Below, piece by piece: positions 1 to 12,500 of a stretch of DNA of 64,000 nucleotides. Below the pieces are notes generated by a model. The model was not told the origin of the DNA. It did no database searches and was given only the letters and a program-made list of their open reading frames with translations. The first letter of the stretch is position 1. The number at the start of each line of letters is the position of its first letter. Source of the stretch: Phoronis australis (taxonomy: Eukaryota; Animalia; Phoronida); assembly GCA_002633005.1 (NCBI GenBank), contig NMRA01000075.1, positions 65,615 to 129,614 of the forward strand, written 5' to 3'. The translations under genes were made by a program, and so were the position numbers.

Positions 1-549
1 CAGGTCTTCGTTCTTAAACAACTTGAGGCTGCTGTTACGCGATCATCTGATATTCAAGTTTTTACGCCCCGTCGGTGCTCCTTAATTATGCTCTTGAATA
101 TTTGGAAATTGTCTAAACCCCTGTATACACACCACACTTTTTCGTATACGACTTTTCGTATGCTAAAAAAGGTGTGTGTAAGCAGATGTTCCAACAAAAA
201 TTTTTGCTGGTGGCGTGACTCATACCCAGATGTGCACAATATGGTTTCACGAAACTTATGTTCCAAGTTCATGTGACGAAATCGAGAACGGTTTTTAATT
301 ATTTTAAGAAAAACTCCAGAGACATGTTATGTGCCAGAAACTTACCAGGATGCATGGAAATTTCACTATTTGGCTACAAAAACAAAAAATATCTTACACG
401 GGAGGGCAAACCCCCCTGCCGACCTCCCCACGCTCGGCGCCACGCGCCTAGGATTCGACCTTGGCGGGAATCCTAAACCCCCCCTTGGTGAAAACGTAGA
501 TCCGCCTTTGGTGTTAAGTGATACGATCTATGTATTTGAATTTCACAAG

Positions 550-3500
550 GCCTGGTTCAGCAGCATACCGCAACCCCGGGTCCAGATTCAGCAGGAAAAA
601 CAACTCCGCCACGTATTATCGTCAGTCCGGTGGACACAGTCGTCAACGAAACTGACGAGGTGGTTCTCACTTGTCGCGTTGAGGGAAATCCATCGCCAGT
701 GTGAGTAAGCCACGTTTTCAATAAGCAAGGCTCGTTTCCAAAATGGTGCGTAACCGTTTGCGAAAATTTGGGAACGTCCGGGGTCACAGATTTTGAATAA
801 CTCCAGTGCATGGCTGTCGAACAAGTTCAAGTACTTCACTAAAGCCCCATTAGTGTGGTATTATTGTAACTGCTGGCTGCTGTATGTTTGCACTCAATGC
901 TGACGTTTCGACGCATGAAACTGCATACTTAAAAGTCAGCCTCGAACGGATTTTGTTGTTCTTGAAGAACTAGAATATCCAGATAGTCCTAGCAATGCTG
1001 TAAACGGAGGCGCGTCAAACTGCACGTGAAGTCGCTTTTTCGCACCATTTTGCGTCATCACGAGAAAATAGCAATGCCGATACTGTCCTAATTTTGCCAT
1101 TCGCTGGTGGTACAAGTATTTACGTGTATCTGCCGCGGTACGTACCACTGTGCTGATGTAGTTCGTATCTCTTTGACTTAACTGAAGATTCACAAGTTGC
1201 TGTTGACAAAGGTTAGACAATAAGCCTGTGTCCATAAATTTGGTTTACATTACTTCAGTCTGGACAGACTGGTACTGTTACATTCCGCCTTGGTTTGTTG
1301 GCTAAAAACAAAAATTGAATTATATCTTCTATTCTCATAAAACTGGTCTCGTGATTGCCCTTGCAATGACATGTTTCTATTTTCGTTACAAACTAAGTTA
1401 CAGGCTTTGCGTACATGAGCTATTTTGAATTCGCAATTTTAGTTTTGGCTAACCTCAGTAAAGTAAGAAGCCTATTTTTGAGTCGCTGACGATTTTGGTG
1501 TTCTTGTTGTTAGCGAAAATCGAATCGTATGGCACAGATTTTATTAGTATAAAAGGCTCAATTCGATTTTCTTATTTGTCCAGCTAAGCAAGGCTAAATG
1601 CAATTTAATTACAAGTGTTTATGTTGAAGATAGGCGTTAAAATCATTTATAATCGAAGAGCGTCTGGACGAAAGCAATTCTCGGGCGTGAAGTCCTGTTC
1701 TTAGTTTTACGGAGAAATGCTTCTCTGTATAACTTCTATAAACGAGAAAACGTTTGCTGGAGACGCATGAAATCTGTTTCTCTGTGTTGTGGATGATGCA
1801 AAGCGGTCTTCAGATTTTGTGCCAAGATCTATTTGGTCAGTAACTTAGTTGCCACAAATGACAACACCTAATAGCAAACAGAATTAAGAAACCGTATTTC
1901 CACACACCGTGGATACAAATTCACGTCTATGGTTGTCGCGGCTGTCACTGTGAAAAATTTCTGTTTTGTTAAAAGTAATATGATTATGTTACAACAACGC
2001 CCAGGTATTGCTTTCGTGCACTTACAAGGCGTTCGTTTCTTCAATCGTCGTGGGCACTAAAAGTGTATGCTTATGGGCTGAAAATTAAGAAGTTTTGATA
2101 TTTTTTAATGAAGACAGACAGTTATCGGTTATACTCGATGAGTACCGATGGAAGCCACGGACCATCTCTGCAACACGTCAAAGCTTTGGTGAATGCATGT
2201 CGTGGAAAAAATCTCCATCTACGCGAAAGAACCAATAAAGTAATGCCCTGAGTAACCACACCGACAAATGTGCATTTTGACAAATGACAATAGTATACAT
2301 TTTCTAAAAGTACAAAATATGAAGACTTTAATGTTATGTTTCAAAGCAATGTGCTATTCATTAAATCACGTGACCACGTTTTTATTGCTACTAAGCTAAA
2401 TAGAAGTCGGCATTTAAATCGAAACAAGAGTATCATAATAATTCTCGAAAAATGTAAATGTTGACCATTTTCCGTTCAATTCTTAAAAGTATTTTGATAA
2501 CAACAGTGCGTTTCCAAGCAGCCGGTTCTAGGGTATGATGTTCCAAGTTAGCTATTCTTACGAATTCGTTGAAAGTGTTGCCATGGAAATGTGTTCTGAT
2601 CATTTGTAGAATTTCTTGGTGGAAAGGTGAACCTCTCACATCCCAAAAAAGAATACATATTGATAATATCAAGTACTTTGTCAGCGAAAACGGACAGGAA
2701 CTCCACATTAGGCATGCGCAACCGCGTGACAGTGCAAGCGTCTTCTACGACGACGACTTCTATCAGTGCAAAGCGGGAAATAGGCAGGGCGGTGATGTCT
2801 CTAGAGCGGCGCGGCTGCGTGTGAATTGTAGGTGTTGAATTGAAGGGGTAACAATGTTCAATTTCGTTAATGTGGTTCGATTCAGTTGTCAGTGTACATT
2901 AGTTAACATTTTTGTATAATCGTCTTAAAGTGGTCGTTTATTAATTTTGACACACTTAATTGTTAGCTGCACTAAACTCGTGCATCATTTTTCATACAAA
3001 TCATCTTTTTCTTCGACATTATTTTGAATAGGTAAATGTAAATGATAAATAATTTAGAAATGTCAAATTTGAAAGAGTACTCAATGGTAATCACCACTGC
3101 TTTGCTTTGAAGTGTATCAACGGCGAAAAAATAATCAGGGTTAGCATTTCAGTCATTAGGGGTCACGTGATTGACAACGTGGGGGAGACGATTTACTGCG
3201 AGAAAAACGGCTTCGCCTCCATTCCTTGTTATCCTCTACACGAATCGTATCCGACGCAAGAGATTGAGTTTTGGTGGGAAAGTGTGCACGCAACGGACAA
3301 GAAGACACGTGTCATACCCGACCACCGCGTTCAGATTGTACCCGTAACAGGTGAACGACACTCTAAGTTTTCCACAGATACATCTCAACATACAGTCATG
3401 TCTAGTAGTCACTGTTTGGAGATATACACACTTTTCTACACATTTCAGGGTCCTTGGTTTAAAACAAGAATGACTGCAAACATGGGTTACTATATATACT

Positions 3501-6500
3501 TGTAGTCCCCGCCAACTCTGTTTCTCTTTCACTGTGCCATACACTGGCGAAATAAAGCATGCTTATTCGGTATAGAATCTCAGAAAGGCAACCTTGTGTT
3601 GTGACATATCATTTATTGCACTGAACACGTACATCGGCCTGAGCGAAAGTTGTGTATGGTAACCAGTCCGCTCAATGAACGCTATTATAGGGCAGCAGAA
3701 GATGCTGTCTGGCAAAGTTGACATTCTTCCGTTGAAAACCAAATGATTGTTGTTTTGAAAGTTTAACTCGGGCACAATGACTCAGATGTCCTCATCAAAG
3801 GTGGGAAGCCTTGTTCCAGCCTGACCTCTAGCGCTCAGTCGGCTTCATGCAAGCTGAAAACACTGTCAAGTTCGTGAGCTGTGAGTGCATTGCCTTCCTT
3901 GTAGGAAAGTCACGTGAGTTGAATAACCTGATAGATGTCGTTGCTTTCGCGCTTTAAAAATGTAGAGAGTACATCGAGTTCTTACCTCTAAGCAACTCGG
4001 CCCAAGATTCGAAAATTAGTATACCTGAGCGTATGGCTTTGTTTTTCAGACGAAACAAAAATGACAGGGAAGGCTGGGAGCCTGACAATAGCGAGTGCAG
4101 TTCCTGAAGATTTTCGCAATGATTCCTGGGTCATATACTGCACACAGAAAAACCCCGTCACTGGCGTGACATTGAAATCACAACCTAGACGCTTTAAGAA
4201 AATGCACACAATTGGAGGTAAGCTCTTGATTCCTTGTTAACGTTACTGGAATTGAGCGCTCAAAAGATGTTGGCAGTTCAGTAACGAGAAATTACAGTTA
4301 CTATTGACCAACTCTTAGATGCTTTAGTATTAGGTATATAACATCAACATATTGACACTCACAAGTTTCCGGTACGTACTGGTTCTCAGTGTTCTGTCTC
4401 GGTCATCTTAACAATTTCACAAATGAGAGGGTTCCGCTACTTACATCATGGAGTAAATCTCAAAACAAAGCATGTCATCACGCGCTTTGAAAATGACGAA
4501 GGCAGATGTCGATAGAAGTAGTGACGTAGTGTTCAGTTTGGAGGAAGTGCCTGAGGATCAGGCTATCAGCACAGAATTTCAAATGCACATTTATTGGGAT
4601 GCTACGTCATACTGTGACATGAATTGGTGAATGGGTATTTTGGCCTTGTTCAAGCTAACTTGCTTTTGATGACGAGTCAGTCCTGTATATGAAACGCGAC
4701 ACTTACTTGACGATGGAGTGACTTAAGGGGCTGCTCTTAAATCCGTGCTTGTTCTGTCAAAACAAGTTTTAGTTTAGCCCACATGCAGTTATAAAATTGG
4801 CATTGTCTTGTTACTCACTGAGTTGAGAAGTGATTTCTGGAATCGGAAAGAGCTGTCGGTCCGTTATCTCTTCAGACCAGGCTCATAAGTTTTAGGCCGC
4901 TACCTGGCTGTTCTTCCTGCGCCTAACAAGACAAGGTCACTAGAATAACTGCACGTGACCCAAATGAAATCTTGTTTTTGTAAGAAAGTATAGGTTTTAC
5001 GCCCCTTTAAGGACCAAAAAATCATGATTTGAAATTTTGATGAGTGACGTCGTAAAGAAGGTGACCGGATTTTCAAGTAGGTTAGTGAGGCGCCTCATTG
5101 GCCTTCGGGGTCGGAGTATTAAAATACTTTCGACTCACCATGAAACTTGAACGTGACAAAAGCGGAATAGTTGACATTGTTTTTAACATGCTGTAGCCAT
5201 CTTTTTCGACCTGATCAAAATAAAACTGCAATCAAACTAGTTGCCACTCCTAAGTTGTCAGACTTATCAGGAGCTTCCTAACATACCGAAGTTCACATTC
5301 ACACATATGGTCTGAGGTTTTACACATGATCCCCAAATGTGGGATTTTCGATAAAGGATCAAATGGGTCCTAGGGAGAAGCTTTTTCAAGCATTCGTAAT
5401 TTATGAACTAAGTGTGGCCAGAAGCATTGATATGCATATTACTTTCGTATTCGGATAAGTACTCATGTACTTGTATTTTGCTTGAACATCCATCTTGTGT
5501 TATTAGAAGCAAACTCTCTACATCCTAAGCTGTATCTTACCAATGTTTCACGATAATGCTAACCGATTCAACCTCTAAACAACAAAAGAGATGGACTTCA
5601 CGTAAGTAAACACGAGTCCACGTATGTCACTGTGTCATTAAAAGTAACTCAAGGCAGCCGGATGACCCGACGAAACCGCTGAAGTACAACCATTATTTTA
5701 CTTACAGACGAATATCCGCCGAACAGTGTCCGTCCATTTTACCCAGAAAATGACTTCCAAAGAAATCGCACGTTCTTGGTTGGTGCCAACTTTACCCTCA
5801 AATTCGTTTTTGTCGGACAGTAAGTTCATCAAATGACTCCGTTTAAAAATATAAAGGAGTTTTTAAACTCCTTGAATTACATTTAAAAATGTAATTCAAG
5901 GTCACGAATTGTATTACCCACCCTGTAGCAATCAAGAACATGGAAAATTATGTCGACAGCATGTTTTTGAGGGACTCTCTTTCGACATCCTAGGTTCGCG
6001 AGAGGTGTGACGCTTCCAGTACTGTGATTTCAGAGGCGGATCTAAGATACCATCAGGGGGGGCAACATGTTGCCTCGGGGAATTGGGCAAAGCGCGGTTG
6101 TATGGGTACAGGCGTCCCGAAAGTTGCGAGGGCCGGGAGTTTGAACCTTCTGTTCGGAAAATCTGTCAGCCAGAAAAAACGGCAACGCGATCCCGCCGCG
6201 ATCTGGGGTTTGAGCCCCCCCTTTCTCCACTACCGGTCCTTTTTATATTTCCTCACGTTTAACGCTGTTGATGTTGATGTTTCATTTTGCTTGCGGCAGC
6301 CAAGGGAAGGGAGCCGGGCGCCCCCCCCCCAATCTGCCTATGGATTTGCTGTGCCTATTAAGAAGAAGGAGACGAATATGCACAATATGGCCTATCCGTG
6401 AGCTTATCACCTGAGATGACTAAAGTTCTATCGAGAATTGAGTGGAAATTCGGCACGCTTCTAATAAACTTTCAGTAGAGTTCCCATTTTCAGCCGACTT

Positions 6501-9500
6501 TCGTCAATAACTTAGTAAGCGACTAATGGAATTTAGAGTTATTGTGACAAAGGATTCGACTGAACTCATGCACTGGGGAATCTAAGCTGTCGTAAGGGTG
6601 CGCTGTTGTGACATTTGTCATCTCACTTACACATACTGTCGCTCGGGCGAAAATAGATGCGATCATATACACCGTTAACATCGCCACATTTTGTCGCCCG
6701 ACGAGGGACAATATCCGTCGGCGTTAACTTCATATATTGCGCCCCAGGGTACATCAGGTTGATAGCTGTTCGCTTTTGTCAAAATGTCAGTAACCTCTCA
6801 AGCGATCCAGGCGAAATCCAATTTTGATTAAAATGTCCAGTTGAAAATCAATACTCTACAGGCGAAAACCACTTTACTCGTTTTATTGTTTTTATCTTAA
6901 GACCCACGCCGTCTTTTGCTATGTACGAGGAGTGGTCTTATCCCAGATACGTCTCTGCCAGGAAGATTATCGATCGAATTCCAACGGAAAAGGTGTTCTT
7001 GGATGCCGGAAGTGAGCATGAAGGAACATACAGGCTGTGTTTCTGGCTGCCCAAGAAGCCGAGCAAACGGAAATGGAAGGACTTCAAAATGTGTAACCAT
7101 TTTAACGTGAAAATAAACTGTGAGTAGTAAACTCATTCGTTACAATGTTCATCAATTTCCGTTGCCATGCACCCCTCCTGAAGGTGCCCGTTTTCTTAAA
7201 AAACGACAGGTTCGGCGAAATTGGGTATTTTCGTAGTCGGGCCTTTATTTTGTTGTGGGTTGACGCAGTTTTCCGCTGAGTCACAAGCTGTGTGATGCAT
7301 TAGTTTGTTCAGCTATTTTAAATATCGAAACATGTTTTTACATCTTGGTGGCAGCGATGATAAGAAATTCATTTCTGGGTTAAAAATCTATAGTTAACTG
7401 TTCTCATCTGAATAGTAAACGCCTATTTATACCTTCAGATTTTCTAAACCCGCACAGCGGATCTAGGCTGTCAAGAAAAACAGTGCAGGTGGTCTGATGT
7501 CATTTGCGGTGCATCAGACATGCGCAGGCCTCATGGTTGGGCCCATTGTACAAAACACCTGAGCAAAAGCACGAGAGCCCAATTATTAAGTTTTCTAGTC
7601 TGCCAGTCTCCTTTAGGAAAGCGGACAGACGTTTCCATTTGTTGCCATGCACTATATGTTGTATGCATGTAACATTGCCATCCAGTAGGTTGCTCCTTAG
7701 TCTATAAAAAGCTGGGCAAGACTCTACCAGGGCCCGGTCTCTAATCTTTGTACTCGAAACGAACTCGAAACTATGTTTGGCAATTTCTCTTCTCCTTTTA
7801 TGCATAGGAGTTTCTAGTTCAAGTTTGCCCTTGAAGACCCTTATATTCGTGCTACAAACTCAAGTAAAAACTCGAAATTTCGAGTTCAAACTTGCTTTAA
7901 TATTGGGTTTACAAACTGTGAACTAAAGGCAATAAATTATCTACGTAAGTTATTGTGTACTCGAGCATAGAATAATAGACAGTTATCTTGAGTTCGCCCA
8001 AAAATAGAGTAGAAAATGCCAAACCTAATTTCGAGTTCCATTTCGAGTAAAAAGATTGGAGACCGGGCCCAGGTGTTTAGGATATACTACGTCAGTACCA
8101 CAGTCGGGACTCACAGGGCTCCCCACATGCCCAGTAATGTGTCTGTGTCGGGCTAAGTTGCAGTGGCCAGTCAAAATTTGAATGACGTGTCTTATACCCA
8201 ATCTATCTAGACTCAGAAGGTTTTTTTGGTTCGATCACGTTGGGAAAATTCTCCTTGGTCTCTCTGCAGGAGTTCGGTGATGCCCACTGGGCTTCTGACT
8301 GGGTATGTACCCAGTTGCGTATACTCATCCTGCAACATCCGTAAAATACCGGGATAGCAGGTTCACGCACAAAATGCAGAACGCTTGCTCCTATCTTTGC
8401 AAGTCTGTCTGCTTCTCATTGCCATCAATTCCCACATGGGCCCTGACCCAGCGTATATTGCCGGTTCTTTCAATTGCAAGCTTGTTAAGCTCATTAACAC
8501 AAGCGTTAACACAACGAGAGTTGAACCTCAGTTTCTTTAAGGCTTTTATTGCTGCCTGGCTATCTGAAAAGATGGTAATTGTCCAAGTGCCAAGTGTTTT
8601 GTTGTTGTGCCAGTTGAGCAGCTCTATTAATTGCAGTGATCTCAGCCTGAAATACCATGGCAAGATTGCCTAGCGATACCCAGTTTTCTGCATCTGCAAC
8701 AGGAAGGCTTGGAAAGTAGACTCCAGCACTTGTGTGGCCATTTTCCAGTTTAGAGCCGTCCGTATAACAAACCTCCTCATTCTTGTGTTCTGCGGTAGGC
8801 CATCCATCACCAATTTCAGTGAAGAAATTGTTTGTATGATTTAAAGCTGTGACCTGGACATCACTAGGCATGTTCCATAGTTGTCCAGTCTTGGCCATTA
8901 GCTTATTGCAAACATTCCTGTGGCTTCTGTGTGCAACGGAGTCAGGGATGTTAGTTTTCACCCACTGACCATTATATCTGAGACGAAGTGCAGCACATGC
9001 AGCTTCACCCTCAAGGTATGTTTACAGTGGTGGTAGACCGATTAGCATCTCTAGGGCTGCAGAAGGCGTTCCTGGAAAAGCGGAGGTTATGCACAGACAA
9101 GCTAGACGTTGCAGCTGCCTAAGTTTGTTGATAATTGTAATCTTTTTTAATGCTGTAAAGTTACCCATATACCCATACCGACGCAGCATAGGACATCATA
9201 GGTCGGATAACATCTAGGTTGTCGTAAGGGGAAGCAAAAAGTATGTCCTAAAAATGTTAGGATTACTTGTAAAAAAGGCATGACTGCGATTTTTATTTCG
9301 ATCATCTCCGCAGGGGGAGCCTGTGTCCCCTGCCTCCTTACTCCTGACCATCTTTCAGTGAACCCGTGTTACGCTGCTTTTTCATCGTGATGTTATATAT
9401 AAATTCATTGTTTCTTATTAACAACGCACATTCTGTGCGAACTGTCAACACACGCATAACAAAAACTAAATAAATTTTGTTGATTCTTCCTGTGTGCGCA

Positions 9501-12500
9501 CGCACATGAGTTATCGGCAAGCTACTTCATATAAGAGCATCGTATATTTTTAAGATTCAGGCCAAATCCACCCCTCGTCTTTCTGAAAGAATCTCAGGGT
9601 ACTGGAAATATTTCTTCTGTACTATAAAATCATGCAGACGAATTCATTGGACATTGACATTCTCACCTCTACAGTGGCCGATCGCCAATGACTTCAGTTG
9701 ACGCTGTATTCAAACGACAAAGAAAAGACTTTCTTATTTTTAAGATCAATAATCAGCTTGGCCACTTTTGTTTGACTGATACTCGTTTCTAGGGAACACA
9801 CTTTTCGTCCAACCATTGAATTCCAGGAGACCGATTGAACAGTTTCTCGGCGTTGTGTTCTCACAGCACTGACAGTTAAGCTTGCCTTTTTACCCAAGCG
9901 AGGGTTTGCATGATGGATTAACTGTTTATTGCAACTCCAGTAGATCGCGCTCGGAATCTGACAAAAATTTGATAAGACTGCTTTTTGCTTATCCTCAGCT
10001 ACCCGCAGTCCGTTGACATACGTGTGTGTGGCGGATCAAATTTTCCGGGAGAATGCAATGAGAGGGGCTTTGTTTGTTTGTACGCGGATCAAAGATCGGG
10101 GTTCGTCTTTATGTATAACACACAAACAAAATCAGTTTAATTGGCACTTTTTAATCACCTTATTCACAAAAATAGGATGCAGCAACTTTAATATATCACC
10201 TTGGATTGTTGTGGCCGATGGTAAAACGCGAATAGACTTGGTATTCCGAGTTCGTTCAAATAATCTCTAAAGCAGACAAGAGGTCGTGTTTGTCGGGATT
10301 ATTACAAAGAAAATGTTATTTATCGAAAAACGACAGCTTCCATTTGACTTTGTACACGTTTTAACGAAAACTTCTAAACTTTGTGTATACTTTTTCTCAA
10401 GGTTGACTGAGTGAATTTAAGTTCCTGAAATTCAAGCATTTTAGTTCAAGCACATCTGGGAAGTGCCTAAAATATTAGCCAATCACAGTGATGATTTCAA
10501 AGTATAACTACTCAAGATTTCAGACACGTTTTGAGTTACATGTAAATGAAAGTGTAATGCGATGGCGACAATTCCCAGGGTGCCGGTGACAATGCCTTGT
10601 AGTTTGACGGCATCGCCGAAGCAATCCAATTCATTCCATGATATGGTTTGCGTGGGAAATTCGTTGCACAACCTTTCAATGATAACGTCGTACGGAAATC
10701 GACGAATATTGTACAGAGTGATCGGGTTAAATTGGCACTCAACACGTCGTCTTGTGTTACTGGCATCAGTAGGTCCATTTGTCTTAATTGCTCCTTACCC
10801 CAGAGCTGTACCGCATTGATTCTTTGACAACGCTATGGTTTAAGGCGGCATTAAGACCGAGTTTTCGATCAGGAAAAAAGTTTTGATTTAGTCCACTTGC
10901 CATCGCGAAATTGATCTCAGTTTGTTCCTTAGTTACGTCAGAGGTGATGTTAGGGTTTCAAAAGAACAGACAGTTTTCAATTGTTTGAAACCGAGCTCTT
11001 GAGCTATCGCTGACGTCACGGCGAGACTTGAAATTTTATGAACTTGGTCTGAAGATATAACGAAATGTCAGTTCTTCTCTAACCCCGAGATTACTTCTAA
11101 AGTGAGCAAGGAACAAGATAAAATCAATCTTATAACGGTGAGTGGCCTAACTGAAAATTGTTTTTGACTGAAATCACGTGTTTAATGCCGGCCTTTAATG
11201 CTACAATTACGATGTCAAAAGCACGAACGTTGAATTAGCTTAGTACTTGCTTCTACAAAAATTGATCTCAGCTTCAAGTGATTATTGTGTTTGGAATAAA
11301 ATGACTGGCACTTTCAGCTGGAGACTGGATTCAGTTGTTGGAATTGTCTTGTGTCGTCATTTTTGTGTGGAAAGTAATGTAAAGCGTAATTGGCTAGTTC
11401 CATGAATGAACCCTTGATGGAAACAGTTTTGCTATGTGGCTGATTCCGGAATGTCAAATCTCCAAAATATGTGATCTATTTCAAATGAAACTTTCATATG
11501 CTGAAAACTGTTTTATGCATTGTTCTCCGAAATGCTGATGCGGATGAATTGTTTTAAAACTAGTCCATTTTTGCCAGGGGAGCTATCAAAAACAGGACTT
11601 TCAGGATTTTCATGAAAAATCAAACGTTGCATAAAACGAAAACGAAAACGAAATGATGATTTAGAAGAGTGGAACAGCGTTTTTGAGATTCATCTTGAAC
11701 ATTTATATCAAACGAGATTTGGTCTTGCTGTCAATGACGCTGCTTTTCTATGAATGTACTTTTGAGTTTTACTGAATTTTAATAAAAAGACACGGTCAAG
11801 TGACCCAACCAATGGCAGATTGATGTAAAGAAAAAAAATCATATTCTATAGACTGTCTTCTTTCATAAAATACATACTCATCCCGATGTCTATTTCATAG
11901 TTGTATATTTGGTTGAATGCACAGACAAGGTCCTGCAAATCTTTGAACAAATTACGTTCCTTAGACTTAGCCAGAACATTCACCTGTCCATTTTCGATCC
12001 CGTTTCCACTCTTCCCTTTCATTGTGGAAAAACAATTTTGATTGATAGAAATTTAGAATTAACTCTTTATATCAACTTATATCGTGGCAGACTGGTCTAA
12101 GATTGGAAAAAGGTTTGAGCATAACTTGCTTGCGTTTTCTGTGAAGTCATAACGATTTTGTCGCAACAAAGCAGCTATCTCCGAGTTTTTTAGGACCTTA
12201 TCGGCATGTATGTGTATTTTGAAACATGTTTTCAAAACAAGACTTACACTCAATAAAAGTATTTTTGTTCACTCCATACCAATCTGCCTTCAACTGAGCC
12301 ATGTGATCATGTGTTTTTAGCAAAATTTAACAAACAGGAACGGTACATTCAACTAGAATGAAAACTATGGTAACAAAAACGTGGCCAAATTTCATTTGAT
12401 ATAAAAGTTCAAGATAAGTTTTAAAAAATTCTGTTCAAGTTTCCAAAATCATCATTTTATTCTCGTTTTATGGAAATTTAGATTTTTTATAGGAATCCTG

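Noticed and set aside
7439-7497. Possible terminal exon (YFLNPHSGSRLSRKTVQVV*) giving a secreted 3-Ig form
   Set aside because: It is made of MITE, TSD and LINE-tail sequence, and has no other support.
9999-10270. Acceptor-like CTCAG plus ORF in the Ig3-Ig4 intron
   Set aside because: There is no Ig pattern in any frame, and exons ending 7119 and starting 12666 join cleanly without it.
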